A stretch of 63,458 nt of DNA, the filler included, from Atractiella rhizophila (taxonomy: Eukaryota), in assembly GCA_021432655.1 (NCBI GenBank). It is 4 parts of 4 records of this genome, joined end to end, with 100 filler letters (N's around TTAATTAATTAA, not from the genome) between each part and the next. Parts side by side here need not be neighbours in the genome. Positions count along the whole stretch, not along the records: positions 1 to 30,676 come from MU271396.1; positions 30,777 to 33,410 come from MU271398.1; positions 33,511 to 59,249 come from MU271399.1; 1 more part is not named here. One strand, written 5' to 3'. This document shows positions 25,963 to 36,500 of this stretch, piece after piece. Positions within the stretch are counted from its first letter, which is position 1, and each line of letters opens with the position of its first letter. The notes below the pieces were generated by a model. It had not been told where the DNA came from. It did no database searches and saw nothing but the letters and a program-made list of their open reading frames with translations. Position numbers and translations under genes: made by a program.

Positions 25963-26250
25963 ATGGAATTGAAGAATGGGAAGTGGAGAAAAATTGTCGA
26001 TGGAAAATGGTTCGGTACCCGAAATAGAGTTTTCAAATATCGCGTTCGATACAAAGGGTATTCACCATCTGAGGACGAGTGGATCAACATCGCAGATCTA
26101 GAAAATTCGCAGGACGCTATAAAAGACTATCACACTGCACACCCTCTCGCAGTTCGTCCCGATTCCATACCGAACTCCGCAAAAAATCGCCCAAATGCGC
26201 GTTTTCGTAACCTTCGACGAAAACACGCTGAAGGGTCTTCCTCACTTTAA
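25963..26250 (+). CDS. Chromodomain at the C-terminus of retrotransposon Pol/integrase (partial)
   Basis: (EW/VE)KIVDGKW...FKYRVRYKGYSPSEDEWINIADLENSQDAIKDYH; the frame looks broken just upstream, next to the gap. Confidence 0.85.
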   Translation: MELKNGKWRKIVDGKWFGTRNRVFKYRVRYKGYSPSEDEWINIADLENSQDAIKDYHTAHPLAVRPDSIPNSAKNRPNARFRNLRRKHAEGSSSL

Positions 26251-26599
26251 GGGGTCCAACACCCCTATATGCCTTGCCGGGTGAAATCCTAGTCTTTGAG
26301 ACTTAGGTCAAGGGCAAGGCGCCGACTTGCTCCTCAACGGGCAAGTCGGCGACTTGGTCGTTGGTGAGTCCATTCGTCGCCCGTCAAAGACGAATGCTCA
26401 TTGCGTTCTCGCACCATCACCAATGTCGCATTTACGAAAATTGCCCTCAATCGCGAGGTCCCCTCCCCCTCACTTTAAGAGGTCCTACTCCTCTACATGC
26501 CTCGCTGGGTGAATCCCTAGTCACATTGTTGAACATAGGTCTAGGCGAGGCGCCGGTCTGTTCCTCAACGGACAGATCGGCGACCGGTTTGTTGGTGAG
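26241..26599 (+). ncRNA. Two tandem ~130-nt structured RNA elements in the retrotransposon 3' UTR (26241-26368, 26469-26599)
   Basis: Same stems in both copies with compensatory changes, e.g. GGGG/CCCC vs GAGG/CCTC and GCCTTGCC/GGCAAGGC vs GCCTCGCT/GGCGAGGC. Confidence 0.65.
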
Positions 26600-26907
26600 T
26601 TGTCCAGCCCGTTTTCGCAGAATGGACACTTATTACACCAAAAACAACACCTGGTCAACTTCGAAAAATTCCTCAAATTGCGAGGTGCACAATGTCTCTT
26701 TGCTCCAACAATTTCATCTCTGCCCGCAGCGGCAACTGGTACTTCAGGCACTTTTCGCAAAATTGGCAAACCTTACGAAGCAGAAGTTTCTGCTTACTGC
26801 AAGCACCACAGAAACTGGGGGGTGTTGTCAGGTTTGCATCTTACGCAAATCGGCGCCCGTTCGCCGGATTGCGTCTCCTATCGCCCATTTGCGTTCCCTG
26901 CGAATCG

Positions 26908-27135
26908 GTCGCCACTGCGCGTCGCCACTGCGTCTGCGCCACTCTCCCGTCGCCCACTGCGTCTCCCGTCGCCACTGCGTCTCCCGTCGCCACTGCGTCT
27001 CCCGTCGCCACTGCGTCTCCCGTCGCCACTGCGTCTCCCGTCGCCACTGCGTCTCCCGTCGCCACTGCGTCTCCCGTCGCCACTGCGTCTCCCGTCGCCA
27101 CTGCGTCTCCCGTCGCCACTGCGTCTCCCGTCGCC
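26908..27135 (+). repeat. 18-bp tandem minisatellite (GTCGCCACTGCGTCTCCC)n inside the left LTR, ~10 near-perfect copies plus degenerate flanks
   Basis: Read directly; it generates the repetitive RRHCVS/PSPLRL/ASPVAT ORFs. Confidence 0.97.
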
Positions 27136-27431
27136 TATTTGCACGCAGTGCAAATCGGCGCCCGTTCGCCCGTTCGCCCATTTGCGCCTACATCACCACT
27201 TAGCCCAATTGTGCCTATCCTCCTCTTATTAACTCCGCGTAATCCCACTGTCACTTCCCCTTCTAGTTCTCTCACATGTTTCATCTGCTCTCCTCTACGC
27301 TCTGTGGCAGTGTTATTCCGCTTGTATATATAGATCAGAGAGTAGTGGAGGTGACCTCAGAGTATTCTCTTAGGTTCAAGGCGCCATGTGTTAGGGCTAA
27401 CACTATGTGCGGTCGCCGATAGGCGATGCGT

Positions 27432-27504
27432 CTGTAGTGGAGGTAAACCTAAGAGATAGTATGGCATGAGAAGACTAACCTGTAGTGGAGGTAAACCTAA
27501 GAGA
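27432..27504. repeat. 25-bp direct repeat CTGTAGTGGAGGTAAACCTAAGAGA in the right LTR
   Basis: Copies at 27432-27456 and 27480-27504. Confidence 0.9.
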
Positions 27505-28001
27505 ATACTCTGAGGTCACCACCACTACATCTCGATGTATATATACATATTTAAAAGCACTGCCATAAACTGTAACATACGATTCTTGAAACATGTAAGA
27601 TAGCTAGATCAGGAAAGCAACAAAGGGAATACTCGGAAATAAGGCATGTTGAACAGTACAAGTGAGAAAGGATAATAAGGCAATAATGGAGACGGTGCAG
27701 ACCGGCGAAATGTATAAGGTTTGCTGAGCGGCGATTCGTGTAAGATAGGGAAAGCGGCGATCAGCGCGTACGTGAGCAAAGCGGCGATGGGGGGGCACGT
27801 GATCCCATAACGTCGTGAAGTAGGTCACGTGACTTCGTGTGGTGCATTTCAATAATGCGTAGGGGCAAGCCTGACAACACCCCCAAATTTCTGACTAGTG
27901 TACGTGAGTCACGGAATTTTTTAAGGTTAAGGTTTGCGCTTGGTTGGGGCGAAATTTTTCCCAATTTTTCCACCATCACCTTCCCTTCTTTTCCTGCAAA
28001 A

Positions 28002-29498
28002 ATGTCTACCGACGCGCAACTCTTCGACTTCGTTTTGGCGAACAAAGATAGAAAGGAAACCACAGTTTACTGGGATGTGGAGAAGGCGAAAGAGGTAAAT
28101 TTTGGCCGATTCGCCGATGTGTTGGAGTGGGGTAGAAGGTGCTATCCTTTGTACATCAAATTTTGTGATGAGGTACAGGCAGAGGTGAGTTTCCTGTCTC
28201 GTATGATGCGGTTGAGCGTGTGTGGTAACTTGTCGGCGATGGAAAAGGTGCGATCGGTTTATGAAACAGCAAAAGGGTTTGGTGATGGGCGCAATTTGTC
28301 GTTTCCGCTGCGGATGTCTGTGGAAGACATGCAGGTCTTGCGGGATGAACTTCGGCTCTGGGTCGAACAAGCGGCGCTCGTCGCGGAGGAAGCGGCGAAA
28401 TTCGGTTTTCAGCCTTCTGAATCGGCGAATGGGGACCCTATTTTGCGAAAGAAGGAACAGGAACTTTTCCTGTCTGACACGAAAAAGCGTCTGGCTAAAG
28501 AGGAGGAGGAGCGAAAACGGGCGGCGCTTGAAAGTAGGCGTCGAGCGGCGGAGGAGAATTTGCGTGCTCAGAAATCGGGTGCAGCGGCAAAAGGACCCGA
28601 GGTTGGGGTAGTGAGGGCGTTATCCGATTATCTGGTGACTGCGACTAATTTTATTTTATCCTCGGCTTTGGGGGATCGAAACCCGTTCGCTGGTGCGCCG
28701 GTCGCCGAATTTGTTGTGCGTGACGGAAAAATTCAAATCGGCGAAAAGGAATTAGATGCGTCGAAATATCGGTACTTCTGGCCAGGTACTCGCGAGGCCT
28801 ATTCTCATGCTGCGGCAAACATCAATCTGGGTGAGCTAGAACTCGAATTGGTCATCACGACTCCCCGTGCAAATCCGCGTATTCTTCCCACATTGGCGAG
28901 TATCGGGACGCAGCGATGTAGCAATTGTACTGGCAAAGTTCGTGCGGCGCCTGTCAAAGCAGCGAAAAAGAAAGCCAAGGGCGACAACGACTCCCAGGTG
29001 TGCGACTTTTCTGCTGGGCATGTCGCAACTGCGTTCGGTCGTGTCTGCTCGCGCTGTCACAATTCCCGCAAAAGATGCGAGGTTTTGCCCTTGGGGTATC
29101 TGCGAGAGCTTTCGATGTTGGTCGTATTGTCGACTACGTTCCATCCTAAACGTGTCGGCGACGGGAAAAAACGACCTTCGGCTTTGGTCGAGAGCAACTA
29201 CGAGAATATTTCGGACGCCGACGAGGGATCCCCCGCACAATCGATGTTGAGCGCCGCTCGGTTGTACTCTGAAGCATTTAGCCTGGATTTTGCGCAAACT
29301 ATGCTCGCGGCCGCTAGGTTAAATGCACAAGCGGCGGCGGACGCTCTTAAGGCCGCCAAATTGCAAATGGAGTTGTACAAGAGGAGGCAGGATGATCGTG
29401 CCGCTGAGGATGGGGCTAGCGAGGGTTCTGTGGTGGAAGGTGTGATCGCCGACGTGACCGGTAGGGTAAGTTCATCCATTTTTCGGCGATCCGTCTGA
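28002..29498 (+). CDS. Intronless 498-aa retrotransposon antisense ORF: coiled coil plus atypical Zn(II)2Cys6 cluster
   Basis: ATG in AAAATG context at 28002; charged coiled coil (KKRLAKEEEERKRAALESRRRAAEE); C-x2-C-x24-C-x14-C-x2-C-x6-C at 28917-29078. Confidence 0.75.
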   Translation: MSTDAQLFDFVLANKDRKETTVYWDVEKAKEVNFGRFADVLEWGRRCYPLYIKFCDEVQAEVSFLSRMMRLSVCGNLSAMEKVRSVYETAKGFGDGRNLSFPLRMSVEDMQVLRDELRLWVEQAALVAEEAAKFGFQPSESANGDPILRKKEQELFLSDTKKRLAKEEEERKRAALESRRRAAEENLRAQKSGAAAKGPEVGVVRALSDYLVTATNFILSSALGDRNPFAGAPVAEFVVRDGKIQIGEKELDASKYRYFWPGTREAYSHAAANINLGELELELVITTPRANPRILPTLASIGTQRCSNCTGKVRAAPVKAAKKKAKGDNDSQVCDFSAGHVATAFGRVCSRCHNSRKRCEVLPLGYLRELSMLVVLSTTFHPKRVGDGKKRPSALVESNYENISDADEGSPAQSMLSAARLYSEAFSLDFAQTMLAAARLNAQAAADALKAAKLQMELYKRRQDDRAAEDGASEGSVVEGVIADVTGRVSSSIFRRSV

Positions 29499-30206
29499 CT
29501 ATCTAGATGTTGTGTAGGCATCGTAGGGCACCTGACCCATCGCCAGCTGCAGAAAATGCGTCGTATCGGCGAAATTGAGTTTCGACTAGGCGACTTAAAC
29601 CCTTCGTTGGCCCAGGAGGCCTATGATAATTCCAATTATGATGCCTATTCTGTTTCTTCTTCGAGCAGTAGCGATAGTGAGGAGTCCGTCCAGAGTGGTG
29701 ATTTTGATCTCTGAAATGTATGCGTTTCGCGTCTCCGTATTAGCGTCGAATTGCCGGGCGGCGACAGGTGTAAAATTGTCGTAGTGGCAAAGGAACACGT
29801 AGTGAGTGGGGAGAACAATGGCAAATAGGGTGCTGCAGGACTCACACTCCCCTGTCTAGGGGAGGACCCTCAGGCGTTCCTCCCACTAGCTACCCAAGCT
29901 TATTTTGGAGCTCGCAACCAAACAGGCCTGGGCCACGCGCTCGTGGACACAACGCGCGGTATAACGGGTCGGCGATTCGCGTGCACGTCGCCGGTCTGCC
30001 TTCTGCGTGGAAGAATGTGTTGTCGAGCGAACAAGCATGGGGAAGCAAAGGTAAAAGCAAAAATAGGAAACAATAATCATCAAAACCAGAACAGAGTGTA
30101 GCATAAGGGGAAGCAGTTGTGTACCTCGCAATCGAGGGATTTTTTGAGATTTGACCGGTATTGTTTTGGTGTAGTAAGCAACTGTTTGTGAAAATGGGGC
30201 GAGTAA

Positions 30207-30564
30207 CGCACCGACAAACCGGTCGCCGATCTGTCTGTTGAGGAACAGACCGGCGCCTCGCTTAGACCTATGTTCAACAATGTGACTAGGGATTCACCCA
30301 GCGAGGCATGTAGAGGAGTAGGACCTCTTAAAGTGAGGGGGAGGGGACCTCGCGATTGAGGGCAATTTTCGTGAATGCGACATTGGTGATGGTGCGAGAA
30401 CGCAATGAGCATTCGTCTTTGATGGGCGACGAATGGACTCACCAACGACCAAGTCGCCGACTTGTCCGTTGAGGAACAAGTCGGCGCCTTGCCTTGACCT
30501 AAGTATCAAAGACTAGGATTTCACCCGGCAAGGCATATAGGGGTGTTGGACCCCTTAAAGTGAG
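30207..30564 (-). ncRNA. Two tandem structured RNA elements in the 3' UTR of the right element (30438-30564, 30207-30337)
   Basis: Reverse-complement homologues of 26241-26599 with further pairing-preserving changes (GCTC/GGGC -> GTTC/GGAC; GCT/GGC -> GCT/AGC). Confidence 0.65.
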
Positions 30565-30676
30565 GAAGACCCTCCAGCGCGTTTTCGTCGAAGGTTACGG
30601 AAACGCGTATTTGGGCGATTTTTGGCGGAGTTCGGTATGGAATCGGGACGAACTGCGAGAGGGTGTGCAGTGTGAT

Positions 30677-30776
30677 NNNNNNNNNNNNNNNNNNNNNNNN
30701 NNNNNNNNNNNNNNNNNNNNTTAATTAATTAANNNNNNNNNNNNNNNNNNNNNNNNNNNNNNNNNNNNNNNNNNNN
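30677..30776. other. Assembly gap with TTAATTAATTAA spacer
   Basis: N run with an all-frame stop linker at 30721-30732. Confidence 1.
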
Positions 30777-30778
30777 GA

Positions 30779-31480
30779 TTGAAGAAGTTGGCATTGGTCA
30801 GGAATAGTCAGAGCGATTTCAACGGGACAACTGACCTGATTGAGTTCCTCAACCTCATTCCCAACTTCTGCCAACTGTCCGAACTCGAAGGCTTACACGT
30901 CACGCACGATTTTACAATTGGCTCAGTACCGTCAGAAGATCCTCAATTACGACTAAAGTCTCTGTCACTGGACCATGTACTACTGGACTATGAAGCATGT
31001 CGAGTGCTTTTCAAACCTTCGTCCGAAACACTACGTGACCTCAGTTTCAGCATTTCGTCGTTCGGAGAGAATCTGGACCAGTGCTACAACTTCCTCAACT
31101 TCTTCCAGAACTCTGTTCACAAAGTCGCCATCCTTACTTTCCGCTCTCCAGGCGTTGCCAAATCATTTGAGGCGCCAAGTCACCACGAGCGCAAAATCTT
31201 GGAACTGCTAGCAGGGTTCAAGAAACTCAAGATGCTGCTCTACAGGACATTGAGACCAGATCAATTTTTCGGAGACGGCACTTCTTCCACCCTCCCCATC
31301 TTCACCAACCTTCAATACCTCTCCCTCTTTGCCCGCAGTGTCCATGGTCGGCAAATCGATTTTGTGTCCAACTTGGTTAACACCTTTTCTCTAGCTGTCG
31401 AAGGGTTCGTGCACCAGTCCATCTCTCGTTCTCTATATTACCCACTTTTCCCAGTGATATTGACCAGACTTTTCATTTGA
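30779..31480 (+). CDS. Partial Leu-rich-repeat (RNI/F-box-associated-like) protein, 5' end in the gap
   Basis: Repeated LxxLxL units (LEGLHV, LKSLSL, LRDLSF, LKMLLY, LQYLSL); probably spliced near 31390. Confidence 0.5.
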   Translation: MKKLALVRNSQSDFNGTTDLIEFLNLIPNFCQLSELEGLHVTHDFTIGSVPSEDPQLRLKSLSLDHVLLDYEACRVLFKPSSETLRDLSFSISSFGENLDQCYNFLNFFQNSVHKVAILTFRSPGVAKSFEAPSHHERKILELLAGFKKLKMLLYRTLRPDQFFGDGTSSTLPIFTNLQYLSLFARSVHGRQIDFVSNLVNTFSLAVEGFVHQSISRSLYYPLFPVILTRLFI

Positions 31481-32566
31481 TGTAGCGGTTTCTTCCCCTC
31501 CTTGAGAGGCTTCGCATGTTGGGGGTGGGAGGAGAAACGATTTCCTGCCTACCGGGAGTGGTTCAGGAATAGGAATATCAAGCTGACAGCAGTCTCGAGG
31601 AAGAGGGTTCGATCGCAGTGGGACGATTGGGAGAAGTTGGTGGAGTCTCAGTTTTAAGTCCTGCATTCACACCGTACCAGTCGCTATGTTTTTGTGCCCA
31701 CAACTACCCCGTCTCGTTCCTATGATGGACACGGACACCTGCAACTTGTGTTGGATCGTTCGCAGTTGATCGTGATGTTACTGATAAAAACAACCAAAGA
31801 CCATGCCTTGCATATGTATCACGAAAAATGAAACGATAATCAACATGAGCGCTATGCTCAACTGCGCTGAATGAGAAAGATCCAAGTAAATGTCGACTGA
31901 GGGACGAAAGCGGGTAAAAGAAGACAGAGAGACGGACCTTTGGACACTCTATGTATGCAAAAAGGTAAGAGCAAATCAGACGAGGGCAACTTGACAACTG
32001 ATTGGTGAATGATTCCCAGAGGGAATCCAAGGTAGAAAGAGAAGTCTATGAGTGTTAAAAATCCATCGAAGTTACTTTTTTGTAAGCGATCGCAAAAACA
32101 GACGAAAAAGAAACTTCTATGGGTATTCAGAAGCCGAAACGGGAATCAGTCTGGAGTCAAGCAAGGTCAGAAAAGCTCTATGTCAGAATTAGGCGAGTAG
32201 ACGAAAAGTGAGATGCAATGTTTGGATATGAAGTCCAAGCTAGAAATTAAGCGTAGACGAAATTGAGACGATTAGGATAAAATGAAATGAGAAAGCATAT
32301 GTAATATCGACTAATAATTATTGACACTTTCCTTTGAATGATTGGCCATCTTTGACATCCTTGCGAAATTGGACGGAAAAAAATCAATGGGCGATGGCCA
32401 AACTAAGGTGATTGGATTGGTTGAAGTCATAAGAAAAACATGAATGTGGTATCCACTAATCCACAGATGTCGTTGCAAGATTGCGAGAATTGCTGGATGG
32501 ACGGACGGTTCGTGAACTGAACTGAGGAGGATGGGTTGAAATGAGACTATCGTTGTCGTGAGGGTA

Positions 32567-33410
32567 TTAGTTTGTGGAGTTAAAAACCAGTTCAGCGTGA
32601 GATTTTGATCGCGCTTTCAAATCACAACCGAAAGCCTTCGGATGACTAGTCACAATTATCTTTAATATTCAAACTCTGACATGATGAATATCCGGCGCAC
32701 CTTGACAGTCCACTGGTAAACTCTATTTCGGGGATAATCTCGTTTCCATCCTTGTCTTTTGGTCGTTGAACCTTCAAAGTAGCGAGAAGGGTAACGACAA
32801 TGATCCAGAGACTGTTGACAGCAAGATGCCTGCCTACGCAGACTCGTCGACCAAACCTGTATTAACATGAGACAGGTTAGTCCTTCGCCCGACTCGAAGG
32901 AAAGGAAGGTAGACGGACCCGAATTGACCAACGGGAATAGGTTCATTGTTTCCTCCTTTCTCCTTCGGGTAGTAGCGACAGGGATCAAACGTGGACGGGT
33001 CTGCGTAAACCTCGGGGTCGTGGCACATTGCCCTAGGCATGACGTCAACTCTTAGACTCCGTGAAATGCAGTAAGCTTACCATGCATTGGCAAACACAAC
33101 GGAACCCTTTGGTATGAGCATTCCACGGTAGTATTCATCCTCCAACGACTTGTGAGGAACACCTATGTATACCTTCAGTGCTTTTTCTTGCACAGTGAGC
33201 GAGCAGACTAACCAAGCGGAGAGACAGGTTGATACCGCATCGTCTCATAAACGATGTTGGTGCAGTAAGGGAGAGAGTCACGGTCCTCAAATTCTGGGAG
33301 TCTGTCCTTCCCAACGACCTCGTCGATTTCCTCCTGAGCTTTTTGGACGATTTCTGGGTGGAGAAGCAAGTTGAGGAGACAGATCATGACGGCAGCATGC
33401 GTCTAAATCC
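32567..33410 (-). CDS. Cytochrome P450, C-terminal exons (5' part in the gap)
   Basis: EEIDEVVGKDRLPEFEDRDSLPY...ETMR (ExxR), IPKGSVVFANA, FDPCRY (PERF-like), heme motif FGFGRRVCVG. Confidence 0.93.
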
Positions 33411-33510
33411 NNNNNNNNNNNNNNNNNNNNNNNNNNNNNNNNNNNNNNNNNNNNTTAATTAATTAANNNNNNNNNNNNNNNNNNNNNNNNNNNNNNNNNN
33501 NNNNNNNNNN
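33411..33510. other. Assembly gap with TTAATTAATTAA spacer
   Basis: N run with linker at 33455-33466. Confidence 1.
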
Positions 33511-36500
33511 CCCTCCCTTGATCATCCTGTAGTTGGTTCATCCATTAGCTCGAGCCGCCAAGGAAGAAAATCATGACATTGCTGTCGCCGCGTATGGCGC
33601 TCTATTGGCTTTCGGTAGAGACAGCGGACCAGTGTTCCTTCACTTCTCTCCAATAGTTGAGGCAGTAAGTTCATTCAGTCATGCAGATTCATGGCCCATT
33701 TCTAGCTAGCTGCTCGAGGATTCTTCACCGTACATCCGAGCCAGATTCCAAGATCAGTTTCAGCAGATAATGGATCGCCTTCTATCGGGCGAAACATGTC
33801 GAGATTTAAGGTATGACTGTCCACACCTTTCTCACTCAGTCTGACGGCGTCGGTAGACCCCCCGTACCTATCTCAACCAGTTGGGAAGTGGACGCCCCCA
33901 CATTGCGAATGCCTATAGATCAAAAGGTTTTTCAGAGCATATTGGAGCTGAGCGATCGAGCTCGAAGCGGTGACTGGAAAGATTGGCTCAAACAGCTATC
34001 TTCCCATCTCTTGAAAACGTCGCCCTCTCCTGTATGTTGGATTGAGGTTGCTTTCTTTTACTCTTTTTTGAGTCTGATCTATAGGCTCTACGTGCATGTG
34101 CCAATGTCACAGACACCTACCATCCCTTCTTTATGGATCTTCTCAACGCAGCCTACCTTTCCGTTTGGAGAGAGTTGAGCCCTCCTGATCAGGTGAGATT
34201 GATCGCGCCAAGGCGGATGATGATAACCTATCTGTGTTCAGATCGCAACGGCGGGGGTGATTGAAGCCGCGCTCACAGCTCCCTCTATCCCTCCTCAGAT
34301 CGTCCAATCACTTCTGAACCTTGCTTTTCATATGGAACATTACCTCGAACAGGCAACGGCTGAGGACCGTCGAGCTGGTAGTAATCCTGGTTCTACCCCC
34401 CGGCCGGCATATCAGGCTCTTTTTATCGATTTCAAGATTCTTGGAGCGTCCGCTCAACAATGCACTTCGTGGGCAAAAGCCTTACATTACAAAGAGCTCG
34501 AATTGAAGGAACAACCAACGGCTCAGATAATTCAAGATCTCATTCGCATCAACAACGAGCTTCACCACGACGACGCTAACCAAGGCATTTTGACGTATCT
34601 GCCTTCTGATGCGAGCGGGCCACTGCCAGAGACTTATTTTGAAAAGCTTGGGCAGTGGGACCAGGCGTTATCCCTGTACAACCAGAAGTTGCGTGATAAA
34701 CCGGATTCGTTCAGTGGGAATTTGGGCAAAATGCGCGCCTTGCATGCTCTAGGACACTGGGAAGAATTGTCAACATTGGCTGAGGGTATCTGGAAACTCG
34801 CAACGCTCGACATGAAGAGACGCATTGCTCCTCTCGCAGCCGATGCAGCTTGGTCATTACTTCAGTACGATCACATATCAAAATATGTTAGCGTTTTGAG
34901 ATCGGACAGTCCTAATCGCGCCTGGCTCAAGGCGATTGTGCATGTCCAGAAAGGTCAATACGATCAAGCTGAACGACAAATCTCGAAAGCAAGGGATCTT
35001 CTTATATCGGAACTGCACACTATGTTGGGGGAGAGCTACAGCCGTGCTTATAGGTAATGCATCCGTGTCCAGTGGTTTGGAGAAGCTCACCGGTTTCAAA
35101 GTGCTATTGTTCGAGTGCAGTTCCTCTCTGAAATTGAAGAGATTATCATGTATCAGAAAGCATTCAAGCATCACCACTTTGATAGAATGGAAGAGATGAA
35201 TCAGATTTGGAACAAGAGGTGCGTTTGAGATCGTTGTCATCCTCTAGATTACCAATGATGGATATAGATTGCTCGGTTGCGAGCGTGACGTGGATATATG
35301 GCAGCGTGCTCTCAAGTTGCGAGCTGTCGTTCTAGGTCGCGCAGGACCGCAGGATATTACGATCAAGTACGCAAACTTGTGTCGGAAGGCTGGTCGATAC
35401 ACCTTAGCGGCCAAAGCATTGGAACCTTTTCACATAAACTCTGGGGTTCGCATTTGGTCATGCTCGCGCTCCTTCTAATTCCAGTTTAGCCATTCCCATT
35501 CCCTCCCGACGTACAATATGCTCGACTTAAGTTAACGTGGGCGCAAGGCGATCGAATCAGCGCTTTTAAAGGCATGCAGAACGTTGTACAACGCCTCGAG
35601 GAAGAACGGCTTGCAGACCAAGGTCGCCCATCAAAAAGTCGGGACAAGCTCCTGAGTCGCTGCCATCTGAAGGTTGGAATGTGGACCAATTTTCTGCGGG
35701 ACAATCAAGTCGTGCGTCACCGAGACTATCCTTTCATACCCCAACTCAAACTGTTCCACCGCAGAGCCTGAATATGCCGGACCCTCTAGATTCCTTCTGG
35801 TTGGCTACCCGCTTCGATGCCTGTTGGCCGAAGGCTTGGCATCAATGGGCCCTCATCAATGCAGATATCGTTGCTTCGTTTGAGAAAGAGAGCGACGGAG
35901 TTCTTAATGCTGAGACCTTCGTGAACGTTGTTGCAGCTGTACAAGGTAGGTCTTATCCGGACTCTGACAAGTACTGACAGATAGTAATTCAAAGGGTTTT
36001 TTCTGGCGCTCCAATACGCGAAGGGCAGCACCTTGCAGTATTCTCTTCGGTTGCTCACCCTGTGCTTCAAATTTGGGAACCGCCCAGAAGTAATCAATAC
36101 CATCAAGGATCACATGGATCATGTTAGTCAAGAAACCTGGCTCCTCGTCATTCCTCAGGTAGGCTTTTATATTGCGTTCCATCGAGGGCTCAGATTGTTG
36201 GTAGCTACTGTCCCGCATCGATGTAAAAGACACGCCAGTTCAGTCATTTGTCCAAACGATCATCGTCAGACTGGGACTGGAGCACCCTCAAAGCTTGGTC
36301 TACCCGTTCGTGTTTTGATTGTGTGGGTGATTTGAAGGTAACTCTATCAAAGTTTGACTGTCGCGGCGAACTCATCGAACGAAAATCGAAAGCGTGCTGC
36401 TCGAGAGCTTTCAAACCAGATAAGGACTGTGTACCCACATCTCGTCGACCAGGTATGCAGATTGAACCACCTCTTTCCGCCTTGAAACCCATACGTTCTT

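Larger units (their letters stand above)
25869..27402 (+). mobile_element. Ty3/Gypsy chromovirus-type LTR retrotransposon, 3' part (left element)
   Basis: Chromodomain ORF end, structured 3' UTR, G-run PPT-like tract (26817-26822), LTR starting TGTCAGG at 26826 and probably ending CTAACA at 27402, with TATATA near 27325. Confidence 0.72.
27403..30676 (-). mobile_element. Ty3/Gypsy chromovirus-type LTR retrotransposon, 3' part (right element, opposite orientation)
   Basis: 30676->~30117 is the reverse complement of ~26130-26690; G-run tract (C-run at 27880-27884 on +) followed by TGTCAGG starting at 27876; LTR core (TATATA...GGTGACCTCAGAGTATTCTCTTAGGTT) shared with the left LTR; LTR end not seen. 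Confidence 0.72.

Noticed and set aside
26908..27135. Tandem array as a CRISPR, or the repetitive ORFs (RRHCVS, ASPVAT, RRETQW) as proteins
   Set aside because: No unique spacers and a eukaryotic context; the ORFs are by-products of a stop-free 18-bp unit inside an LTR.
30721..30732. TTAATTAATTAA palindromes (also 33455 and 59294)
   Set aside because: Embedded in N runs; these are artificial scaffold spacers.
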